This document shows positions 49,282 through 59,520 of a stretch of 59,520 nt of DNA, one piece after another (the first letter of the stretch is position 1; every line of letters starts with the position of its first letter). The position numbers were made by a program, and so were the translations under genes. The notes under the pieces were generated by a model. That model did not search any database. It was not told the origin of the DNA and worked only from the letters and a program-made list of their open reading frames with translations. Source of the stretch: Catajapyx aquilonaris. Taxonomy: Eukaryota. The stretch is taken from NCBI GenBank assembly GCA_000934665.2, contig JYFJ02002309.1:1-59520 (forward strand), in the 5' to 3' direction.

Positions 49282-52200
49282 TGAAGTGGACGGAGGGCGG
49301 ACCGAAGCACCATCCAGCGGAGGAGAGGGGAAATAGAGGACGGTGGGGTGACCTGGCGGGAGCTTGGGGAACCAAGTGGGAGAGTGGTTGTAGAGAACAA
49401 AGAAAATAGAGTGTGGTACGAAGTGCTAGATTGTTTTCATTACTTTCCCTGTCTCCGGGTCCCGGCCGACCAAGAGGACCACTTCATGGTGTCAGGGTGG
49501 GATTGTCGGGACTGCAGGAGCAGGGACAGGGTGAGTTAAATAAGTTGTGGGGGAGGATTACGTACGATGGCATTGAGGTGGATGATGGGGCGAACGGTGA
49601 ACGAAGATGGCGGCGAGGAGGCGTGCCAGGGGTGGTCAAGAGGGCGGCAAGAGCCTGGGGTGACCAAGAGGGCACAAAGCACCAGGGGTGACCAAGAAAG
49701 TGAAAGGTTCCAAGGGTGGTCCAGAGGGCTACAAGGGCCAGGGGTGACCAAGCCAGGCACAGGTCCCCAACTGTCGACGAGGGAGGTGTTACACAAAGGT
49801 AGGACCAGCTCATGGAAGGGACAGTATGACGTCAGGGGCCAGGTCCAGGGTGATGATGGGTATAACGTAGTTCAGCAAGGTGGGTGGCCGGTAGGGGAAG
49901 CCAGCAAACCATGGCTGGAGCCGGAAAGTATTAGTCCGGTACTGGGGAATGAACAGGATTGGCAGGGACTAGAATGGAGTCAGTACCGGAAGCATGAGGA
50001 AGAGGTAGCGAACCGGCATGTGCAGAGGACCGGACGTTGGCCGGAGGGCTGTGGATGGAACGGTGAGTCGCAGCGTTGGGAACGGCTAGACAGGAGGATG
50101 GACCTGATGTTGGCCGAGCAGAGAAGCTTCCAGAAGGAAGTGAGAGGCTCTCTACGGGAACTAGCTGCACTGGTAGGGCGCCCAGAACGGGGAGACGTTG
50201 ACACGCCCATAGGGTCCAACCATCAACGTCATGGAGGTGAACGGCAGGAAGAAGTTGAGTTGCCCATATGGTCCGGCAATCCGACTTCTGGGAGTGAACG
50301 ACGGGACTTCGGATGGAGGATGCCGGAATTGAAGTCGTTTTCCGGAGAAGAGGAGGAGGATGCCCTGGCATGGCTGGAAGGGGTTGAGCAAGTCCTCCAG
50401 CAAGCGCATTTACGACCTATGGGGATTGCGCAGCTCCAACTGAAAGGAGAAGCCCTGATCTGGCAACGGGCCGTGGGCCTCAGATACTCGGAATACCAGC
50501 TCTGGAGGGAGAGGTTCCTCAATCAGTTTTACCTGGGCAGGGGATGGGGGGATCGTCTGGCCAGGCGTAACCAAGGGTCCGGGGAACGACTACGATCTTT
50601 TGTGTTGGACATGTTGCAATTGTGCCAGCGTGCGGACCCCTTCATGCAGGACAGGGACCGTGTAGAACGAGTGGTACAGGCCGCTACCCCTCATTATCGG
50701 TGCCAGCTGCGGAATGCCCGCCCAAGAACGGTAGAGGAATTGCTCCAGGCGGCGGGGGAGATCCAGGCAGCATCCAGGGATGAGGATACCACGGAGGCCT
50801 CACTCAGCGGAGTAAAGATGGATCCGAGAGGAGCTGGTGGCGAGAGGGACGCTTCGCGGTCTGCAGGGGAGCGACGAGTGGGGTCAAGGTCCCGTGGAGC
50901 ACGAGCTGGTGTACAGTGTTTTGGGTGTGAAGAGTTCGGTCACATTCGAGCCGAGTGTCCGAAGGAGCAAGAAGAGAAGAGGACGGCAAGCCCCAGTGAG
51001 ATGCGACGACGGTCTCCGAGCCCGGGTAGGGGGAGGGACATCCCCATTACCACCTTGGGGTCTTCACTGCCCAAGGTGGAAGTCGAGATAGAAGGGCGGC
51101 GGATCCAGGCCGTACTGGACACAGGGGCTGCGCAATGCGCGATAAACGACCTAGCACAGGAGTTGCTATTGTTCGTAGACAGGAAGCCACGACAACGGGT
51201 GGAAGTAGCTAATGGACAACGGGTGACACCGGTGGGAACGGCCCAGTTGCGCGTACAGTGGGAGAACGAGACTTTGCCAGGGAATGCCTTGGTCATCGAG
51301 GGTCTGGCTTTCCCATGTTTACTGGGGGTGGATTGGATGAAACAATGGGGCATCCAGATCTCGTGCTCGGAGGGAGGTGTCACAGCCCGACGGAAGGCTA
51401 CAGGGGAGGGTCTGGCTCACACGCCTGAGGTGAAGACACGGGAAGAGGCGAGCCCGATGGTGATCGCTTACATGACTCCTCTGCGGCCAGGGGAAATCGT
51501 GGAGGCAAGCTCCTATACTGAGGAGCCGGATGGGGATGTCAGGGTGGATTCGTGGTACCGAGAGGTCCAGGAGTGTGATGGAGACGACGGGTCAGGGTCG
51601 TCGAGATGCTGCAGGGGGCAGGGGGGCCGCCGGCAGTCGCAAGCGCCAACAGGGCTGGGTGATGAGAACGACGCCAAAGATGTCACAGCTGAGTACAGGG
51701 GCACAGTGCAGATCATCCCGGGGTGGGACGACTGGTGGGGCCACGAGGAGGTGTGGGCCGGAAAGTATCAGACAGGGGGCGCCGTGAGGGCCTGCCATGA
51801 CGTCATGGGGCTGGAAGAAGGCACGGAGGGTCGTGCCAGGGGAGGCTGCAGTGAGCCAGGGTGCGGCCTGCAGATCCCTGAACCTGCGACGGTCGATCTG
51901 GTTGACGGTGATGACACCTGGGGGCGGGACCAGAGACGTCCAGCTGGGGCAGATCCCATGTGCTGGGAGGCGAAGAGTACTGTGAGGAAGATGATGACGT
52001 CCGGAAGATACCAGGTTGAGAGGGTATCTGTCCAGGGGCGACTGGGCGGTACTGGAAGGCGGGGGTTAGCCGCAGCCGAGGGGTACCGAGCAGAGAAGGC
52101 GACGGCCCGGGGTGCAGCAGGGCGTAGGTCGTGCGGAATAGCTACCGTGGATAGGCTGAAGCAGTTTAGGGGCTTCAACCCACACCGGCAAGGCTGCGAG

Positions 52201-52491
52201 GTTGAAGAGGACCTGCAAACATGGCGCCACTTGCGGGAGAGGAAGCGGGTCCGCTTCAAAGGGGTTTTTGATTAAGGGTGGGGGAATGAAGTGGACGGAG
52301 GGCGGACCGAAGCACCATCCAGCGGAGGAGAGGGGAAATAGAGGACGGTGGGGTGACCTGGCGGGAGCTTGGGGAACCAAGTGGGAGAGTGGTTGTAGAG
52401 AACAAAGAAAATAGAGTGTGGTACGAAGTGCTAGATTGTTTTCATTACTTTCCCTGTCTCCGGGTCCCGGCCGACCAAGAGGACCACTTCA
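49282..52491 (+). mobile_element. Complete 3.2-kb Ty3/Gypsy-type non-autonomous LTR element, identical 205-bp LTRs, CTAT TSD
   Basis: LTRs 49282-49486 and 52287-52491 (TGAAGTGG..CCACTTCA); PBS TGGTGTCAGGGTGGGAT (tRNA-Leu-like); PPT AAGGGTGGGGGAA. Confidence 0.96.
49567..52275 (+). CDS. Gag-protease polyprotein (902 aa) lacking RT/RNase H, with eroded integrase relic
   Basis: Capsid-like FSGEEEEDALAWL..LKGEALIW..QGSGERLRSF; zinc knuckle CFGCEEFGHIRAEC; protease VLDTGA..LLGVDW; tail GRYQV..VDRLKQF. Confidence 0.9.
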   Translation: MALRWMMGRTVNEDGGEEACQGWSRGRQEPGVTKRAQSTRGDQESERFQGWSRGLQGPGVTKPGTGPQLSTREVLHKGRTSSWKGQYDVRGQVQGDDGYNVVQQGGWPVGEASKPWLEPESISPVLGNEQDWQGLEWSQYRKHEEEVANRHVQRTGRWPEGCGWNGESQRWERLDRRMDLMLAEQRSFQKEVRGSLRELAALVGRPERGDVDTPIGSNHQRHGGERQEEVELPIWSGNPTSGSERRDFGWRMPELKSFSGEEEEDALAWLEGVEQVLQQAHLRPMGIAQLQLKGEALIWQRAVGLRYSEYQLWRERFLNQFYLGRGWGDRLARRNQGSGERLRSFVLDMLQLCQRADPFMQDRDRVERVVQAATPHYRCQLRNARPRTVEELLQAAGEIQAASRDEDTTEASLSGVKMDPRGAGGERDASRSAGERRVGSRSRGARAGVQCFGCEEFGHIRAECPKEQEEKRTASPSEMRRRSPSPGRGRDIPITTLGSSLPKVEVEIEGRRIQAVLDTGAAQCAINDLAQELLLFVDRKPRQRVEVANGQRVTPVGTAQLRVQWENETLPGNALVIEGLAFPCLLGVDWMKQWGIQISCSEGGVTARRKATGEGLAHTPEVKTREEASPMVIAYMTPLRPGEIVEASSYTEEPDGDVRVDSWYREVQECDGDDGSGSSRCCRGQGGRRQSQAPTGLGDENDAKDVTAEYRGTVQIIPGWDDWWGHEEVWAGKYQTGGAVRACHDVMGLEEGTEGRARGGCSEPGCGLQIPEPATVDLVDGDDTWGRDQRRPAGADPMCWEAKSTVRKMMTSGRYQVERVSVQGRLGGTGRRGLAAAEGYRAEKATARGAAGRRSCGIATVDRLKQFRGFNPHRQGCEVEEDLQTWRHLRERKRVRFKGVFD

Positions 52492-55400
52492 CTATAGTGA
52501 TGGTTTAGAAGTTTTCAAATATCATCCTTTTGCTTCTGTTGTAATTTATTATTTGAAACACTTTTTGTGCCAAGTATTGTCTAGTAAGTTCACATTAGTT
52601 TGCATATATATCATGGATTGTCAGCTAATAAAATGACATAATCTGCAAATAACTTACAATATTTTTGTGTCCTTTTTATTCGAATCTCAGGATTCCCCTG
52701 TGCCTGTAAGAATTGTGGTATCTCACTCCTAGGTATACATGTTCAAAAGACAATTGTTCCACAATATACTACATTATTATTACTCATCCAGCTGCTATGT
52801 GCATTAATCATCGTTCGAAAGATGATTATAATACATACAGCGGCTGCTAACAAGTGAGTAATAATAATAGTGGCAATCCCCCCAAATATATGTAACTGTT
52901 TGTATATACCAGTCAACGCCATTCCATCGCCCATCTATAGTCAATAATTGGGCAACCATCGGACGATTTCTCCGCAACAACTCTCAGGCTATAACTGGGC
53001 GCTTGTAGTTGAACGATATCTTAGTGACATTTCCCCGAATCCACAAATGAAGCCCAGCCAGTGCCATTCTATCGCCCATCTATGGCCAACTAGGCAACAG
53101 TCTGACGATTTCTAGGCAACAACTCTCAGGTTATAACTGGGCGCTTGTAGTTGAACGATATCCTAGCGAAAATACACCTTAACACTCGGCTCACTCATCT
53201 AGTAGGCAATCAGTGCCGTGGTATCATTCGACTGTCCCCTTGCCGAGAGATCTGTGGCAAGAATATGTCGATATAAGCACGATAACTGTGGAGATAATCG
53301 CCTAATTGCCGCTTGGCAATGTCATGGCTACATAGGAGCATGTTGATGGAGCAACATTCGCCCCCATGTTGGCCGTTCATAAGAAAATTCCCATTTTTGT
53401 ATCGCCTGGACATCTTCCCCGATAGTTCACAGATATCGCCCATCGCCCCAGCGATTTCTGCATGATTCTCGCCCGACAATTCGGTGTTACTTGGGTGCCT
53501 GTCCCAGGTGACCGTCGTCGGCATCAAACCAGCACTCTTCTTCGTCGGCATCCTTCTCCTCCTGGTGGCAGGCCTCCAATTGGGGCTGGTCTTCGTAAAT
53601 CACGGGTTAACCGAGGAGAAACCAGAATATTTGCCTGCACACCTCCAGGAGATCCGCCATGTCTCGTCTACCTCCTCCAAGCCTGGTTTGTAGAGGACGT
53701 GTTAACTCTTAGGGGCACTCCGGAGCAGCTGGGCACGTTGCCGACTGCTGAGGGCGGGCCGGAGAATGAGAGCGCCTAGTGACGGCCGCACCGCTCAGGT
53801 CCCTATACATGCAAGATTATGAATTTCGTATCCTCGGCAGGAGGCTACCCATGGGAAGGCCCCTCCTTCCCACGAAAACATACTACTCCTAACAAGTGAC
53901 TAATCACCATGCACATAACATACTGGTGCTGGCCATACAAGAGTAACACACTCTCTTCCTATATTCCATATACTAGGAAAACCCTCTCTCCACTCGCTCT
54001 TTTCTAGGCACAGGCCATGTTCTTAATGATCCAACAATTATCCACATCATACTCCCTTCCCGCCTGCCTCCCCACCCCCATAGCTAAGCCGGCGTGAACC
54101 TCAGAACTCAGATTGGAAGGGAGGTGGGGGGGATTTTTGGGGGTTCAAGATCACACAACCTTAGGTGAACGTTACAGTAAGTGTTACCAATTAGTAACAA
54201 TGGCAGAAAGGTTACCCGCCTCTGCTCTTTTGTCTGTCATTGTATTTAAATTATGTGACAGAAAACAGTTGCAGTGTTTTACAAAACTCCGGCATGAACA
54301 ACATAAGGTAAGCAAAAATAATGAACTTATTTTTTTGCAGAAAATTGATGGCACTATATACTGGGAATCAAAATACTGTAGGTGTCTGCTTTATGTGCCA
54401 AAGTCAAGTTTTAATCCTCTCGCTAAGACAAATTAATATCTTTTCATAAATACAATTAGCCCCTCTATTGCACTATACATTCGCGTTATCCGTCAACTAG
54501 AATTGGAAATCACATTTGATGGCCTTGTCAACAATATATAGCTGATTCCCCGCCAAACTTTAGGTGTATACAGATGCGAGCTAAACGACAATAAAATACA
54601 CCTGTGCTTGTACTCAATTCTTTAATGGCCTATTTCCACCATCACTATTTATAAGTACAATACAAAACAAAAATTTGATGCAAATCCACAAAAGGGATCA
54701 AATGATTAAGAACGATTATGGATGATTCCTAGAAAATGTTCTAATTCCACAAATGGGAATCCAACGGAAGTCAAGAGAAGGAGAGAACGGACCTCGATGT
54801 GACGGGTAAATTAAGGAAACAGTTTTTAGAGGGGACGTAGGTTAAATAAAACTTACGAGGGCGGTTCAGTAAATATTTAAATGTAGTCGTACATGAATGT
54901 GCACGCAACCCTCACCGTCTCACGTATTTCATTAGACTCCCGCTTGACCCTGTGGTTTGTCGTGATTAGCACGAGTGTGCCGCATAAAATCGTCTCGGAA
55001 CGAAAATAATTGTTCTAACTTGGACCTTGTCCGGACAACAAACATGACTCTAAATTGCGTTTTCTCTCTCTCCCAAACACTTCCATGTTATCCGAAAGTT
55101 CAAGTTAATTTAATGTACTAATGTGGCAAGCGATAAAGCATTGTTAAACAGTGCAATACGGAACTGCAATCGCCTTTGGAATTTACAGGCGACGACTAAA
55201 TTTCTTTCCAAAGTAGGCGAAGAGCGTATTTCGCCGTCTCTTCATTCTTGGGCACATATGCACATCACAACACATACCGGCATGTTAATTCATGGCTGGC
55301 GTGGGGCAGCAGAGGACTGGAGGGGAGGGGGCAAGTACGTACGAGCAAGATGTGTTATAGGGACGATCAGATGCAAAATGTCCAATACGGAATACGGAGG

Positions 55401-55531
55401 AGGGCCCGAGTTCACACCCAAACTGAGAGAGATTCTTTTTCAACTATTTTCCCAGAAAACTGTGCTGGGAATATGGAATTGGCAATATATCGATACCGCA
55501 TTCTACAAGTAAACTATCAATGTATCGATAT

Positions 55532-58500
55532 TGTGAACGTATTGTTTTCGTCCTACCATCTAATATACCCTTTTTTGTTTTGTTTCGTTAAATGGATCCC
55601 TCCATGGATAGGAATCATCCGAAGGACTACTGTACAGAATCATTTCCCACCATGCACTTTACTTGTAGATGACATTACCCATCATGCCTTATTGTGGTAT
55701 ACACCCTTTGTCATGCACCCTACTTTTGAGTCCTTTCCTATCTCATGGTTTTCCGTTCACCGTTCCCATGATGCTCAGGGTCATGGTCGCTATTTAATCA
55801 GGCCACTGCCTTCCCTCGGGGCCAGTCGTCGGGAGAGTACCCCGCGGCTGGTCGCCGTTTACAGTAATTGTTCCCTTTGGTTCTGTTATATTTTGTACTG
55901 CAGTCACTTTTAGAAGTCTTAAATAAACCAGTATTTATACGGTGTGCCCTCGTTGTCTCTGTGCCATCCTGTCACAAAGTGGTGTCAGAAGTGGGATCTC
56001 ACCTGTATTCAGACATTTCTGGTTTGTTGACTGCCGTGTCTTTGTGTTTTGCTTCACAAAGTGGCACTCTCTTGTCCGAGACCGTAGTAGGTCACCCTAC
56101 ATTTTGGGGTTTGGAACCGTTTTCCTTTCACTATTTACCTGGTTCTCATTCCCACTTTGCGAGTATTCCTAACTCGTATCCTTTGCGAGCATTCCCAACT
56201 CGTAATCCTGCGTAATCCCCGGCGAATAGAAAGAAACCTTGCGAGCCCACCAGCTCCTGTTCCCACGGAGACGCAATCCCCCTATTCCCCACATTTGGAT
56301 TCCCAAATCCTAAGTGTCTTATCCCGGCAACGCCTATTCCCAAGTGCAAACGCCGAACCTTTTCCCTCGTAAGCTGACATTGCTTACTTATCCTTCCTAC
56401 GAGTTACCCCCTCCCCCCCTCGTATTCCCTAGCCCGGGTGGATGTTCCTCCCTTAAAAAAAAACGGAACTGTCCACTACCCTACGAAGCTTTCCTGCTCT
56501 TTTCCCCGAGCGACGCAGCTTCCCATTCCTTCCCTTATCCTTGCATCATATACCGGTCCCGTGACTACCTAACCAGAACCAAAGAAGAGGACGTGGATGA
56601 CCACGTACAACCCAAGTAACGAGGAGAGGCTCAGCGGGCGTGCATACCCATTGCATTGCCCGTATGAACTTGAGGCGTTTTTCATCCTGGAAGAAGGAAC
56701 GTCACATTGCAGCGTTGTGTGCGGCCCAGGTGCGTGAAGTAATCCTGCTCCACCAGCAGAGGGACGTCCTATCCAACCTCGGACGACCCGCCCGCATACA
56801 TACAGAAACATGGACTGCCCAAAACCCCGATCAGCTGGAGGTGACGGTGTTATTGACACGTGACTTTTTCTCTACAGTCTTCCTAGGAAGTAACGCCCTA
56901 GACAAGGAGGTGAAGCGAAGCACTGTATGCCCCCGAGAAGTAGTGATACACATACACCTTCCCGGTTTTCCACCACAGTGGGGTGATGTGGAAGAGCCCA
57001 GCAACGTGTGCCCATCACGAACATTGCGCATGAGATGTATAATCCCCCATATTATCATGCACAAGCCGGTATGTGTACTAGAGGCCCGTTGGTGATGCAA
57101 CCCGTTTGTTTTCCGGCCAAACGGCGTAAGTGATGTTCAAACCCCGTTTGACATACGCATCAAATTGGGACTGTGGTTTGTGCTTCTGGGTGCTTATCAG
57201 TACCCTTATAAATGTGTGTGTGTGTTGTCCGACTGAAGTAATCATTCTCCCTTCACAAAGACCGTTGTACTCAGCTAGTGAAGTCCTCTCTCTTACTGAG
57301 GCCTTCCGCAACCCAAGAAGATGTCCTGGAGCGTGCTGTGCCCGGCAAATCAACTGCTGACTGCCGCCACTCTTCCGGTATACGTTTTCGGAAGACGGTG
57401 GATCGGCCTTTTGGCCCCCGGCGGCACCCTGTCAACTGTATCTGCGGACGTCGTGCGCTGCATTCCCACCAATCTCCGGCCCACGGTACATCCCCGTGAC
57501 CAGATACGGCTGGTGTCATCCGACAACCGCGTTGTGTGCCCGGTTGGACATATCACTCTACCCATCATGCTGGGGACCTTGGCTATGACCTTCCCATCTG
57601 GATTCCTGGTAGTACAAGAATCCTCGATGCCGGCGGTTCTTGCTCTGGACTTCATGAGCTGCTGGGGAGGCCAGATGGACGCCACCCGCCAGTTTTTGAC
57701 CGGCATGGGCCCTAGTGACGATGGAGACCCCAACAGACGACGCCCTTTCGCGGTGCCATTCGACGCATTCCAATCCATCCCCCGGAGCGTCCCATCACAG
57801 CCATTGCAGATTGATGATGGACCCGCCAGCCAGGGACAAGCAGTCGCCGCCGTACCGAGCGGACAGGGACATCGACCGGCCACACAATATCCAGGTCCGG
57901 TCATCACCGTGTCGTCCTCTACATCGGACGACAACGAGTCGACGGGGTGAAGCAGGTGAAGTGACAACATGAACCTAAACACCGACGTGATCCGGTGCTC
58001 TTTGTGCCTCGTACCTGAGTGCAGCTACCTTGCCTGTTTTCTCCCGAGGCCCCCTTTTTTTTGTTTTTGTTCAAGTGCGTTTTTCCGTCCCCGGCCAAGA
58101 TGACTTTTGGAACTTTTTCGTTGATATTATTTGACTGCCTTTGTTTGTCGGCCGCGGACCGTGTGTTATTATTTGGACACGCAGGAGAGACACTGTGTAT
58201 GTACACCATGATGCTACCACCGCCTGAGCTGTTGTGATTTTAAGTTGACGTTACGGGAACCATTTTTTGGTGGCAGGAACTGGTCTGTGGGGTGTGTGAA
58301 CGTGTTGTTTTCGTCCTACCACCAAATACACCCTTTTTTGTTTTGTTTTGTTAAATGGATCCCTCCATGGATAGGAATCATCCGAAGGACTACTGTACAG
58401 AAGCATTTCCCACCATGCACTTTACTTGTAGATGACATTACCCATCATGCCTTATTGTGGTATACACCCTTTGTCATGCACCCTACTTTTGAGTCCTTTC

Positions 58501-58814
58501 CTATCTCATGGTTTTCCGTTCACCGTTCCCATGATGCTCAGGGTCGCTATTTAAGCAGGCCACTGCCTTCCCTCGGGGCCAGTCGTCGGGAGAGTATCCC
58601 GCGGCTGGTCGCCGTTTACATCAAGACCTTTGGTGGCCTCCACCCCGCCACCATAGGCATCTCTCCCCTCCATACGTTATCCTGTCCTTCTTTTCTCTCC
58701 AGTAATTGTTCCCTTTGGTTCTGTTATATTTAGTACTGCAGTCACTTTTAGAAGTCTTAAATAAACCAGTATTTATACGGTGTGCCCTCGTTGTCTTTGT
58801 GCCATCCTGTCACA
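55532..58814 (+). mobile_element. Complete non-autonomous Gypsy-type LTR element (3.3 kb), ATAT TSD, decayed gag/protease
   Basis: LTRs 55532-55976 and 58295-58814 (TG..CA; 81-bp and 6-bp indels); PBS TGGTGTCAGAAGTGGGAT (tRNA-Leu). ORF 57321-57950 is retropepsin-like (..PVGHITLPI..FLVV..AVLALDFM) with a lost DTG motif. Confidence 0.9.
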
Positions 58815-59520
58815 ATATCGATACATCGATGGCCCCATCTCTACATTGCACCGCACCTTGCACACCCCTTCCCGTCATCCTGCCCGCGGGCCCCGGCGTT
58901 ACGTATGCCCTAAACCTTTGGCATTTAATGTACCGTGAATTCATTTTGTCCAATTAAATGGTTGCCGTTCGTTGAAACTTTAAAAACTCGAAACTTCATT
59001 GCGTCATCCCCATCTGCTGCTCGTATTGTTGCAAGACATTTGTGTCCCAAATTGCCAAACAAGCGGCTGAGAAGACGCTAGCTAAAATATTTCAAAGTGA
59101 CGTCAAACTGGCCGAGCAGTTTTTGTTTTGTTTTTTCACACCCTCATTTCTTCTCCGCGAAGTATGTCAGGGTCATACGCATATTGGTTTACTGTAAACA
59201 CTTTGACATTTAAGCATAGAGTTACTACAGAATCAGACAAACACTACCGGCATCGTTTCCGCTTAATGTTACCAGTGTGTGGGTGTGTGTAACTTCACAA
59301 CACGTGTTGGCCGAACCCAGTATTAAACTTCGAACCTATCATGGTCAACCGATTCCCCCCTTTCCCCCCCCCCTTCTCTCTTCCCTCCCTCCCTCTGGCC
59401 ATGCTAATACAGATAGATAAAAGGGAATTGCAGGTGTAATTAGCCAAAGAGGCCTTACCACCTGTGGGCAACAAACCAACAATGTCCGGCTCCCAGATCC
59501 ATAGAGTCTGGGGCCGGGGC

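Larger units (their letters stand above)
47113..53495 (+). mobile_element. EnSpm/CACTA-like non-autonomous DNA transposon (hosts a nested LTR element)
   Basis: 22-bp TIR CCCAAGTAACAC(T/C)GAATTGTCG, 2-bp TSD TG and subterminal repeats (~52975 and ~53115). Internal spliced exons end TEKDVETYIKSWLLHFKDR (DUF4806-like). Removal rejoins an ORF in frame. Confidence 0.8.

Noticed and set aside
49931..52380. Many minus-strand ORFs within the Gypsy element
   Set aside because: Antisense shadows of a GC-rich coding frame.
55248..55913. 221-aa ORF and its partner 58245-58733
   Set aside because: They run across LTR sequence and the insertion junction; no recognisable protein features.
58621..58701. 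Spliced-out intron explaining the LTR length difference
   Set aside because: It ends in a pyrimidine tract plus CAG but has no GT donor at the boundary; a CA microhomology deletion fits better.

Overview
Eukaryotic (most likely insect/arthropod) repeat-dense DNA with no intact host gene. It is dominated by degraded, shuffled pieces of several related Maverick/Polinton-like elements. These include protein-primed PolB with N-terminal C2H2 fingers and an endonuclease VII domain, an adenain-type protease, a YadA-stalk-like repeat (fiber-like) protein, a DEDD-like protein, PC4-like ssDNA-binding proteins, a secreted C-type lectin and several recurrent orphan gene families. Many of these genes have spliceosomal introns. 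The left ~30 kb is a patchwork of short fragments, nearly all on the minus strand: Maverick pieces, Sola1-like transposase pieces, Gypsy LTR/integrase pieces and a ~270-bp RdRp fragment of a toti-like dsRNA virus. This resembles a uni-strand piRNA-cluster-type archive (inference). About 30.6-44 kb holds two tandem, syntenic Maverick-like cores. The right part has an orphan ORF cluster split by an EnSpm/CACTA-like transposon. Three complete non-autonomous LTR elements are present: one with identical LTRs and an intact Gag-PR-eroded-IN ORF, one carrying only a small membrane-protein ORF, and one decayed. All family assignments come from motif recognition by eye; no database search was run. No capsid, packaging ATPase, Maverick integrase or Maverick TIRs were recognised.
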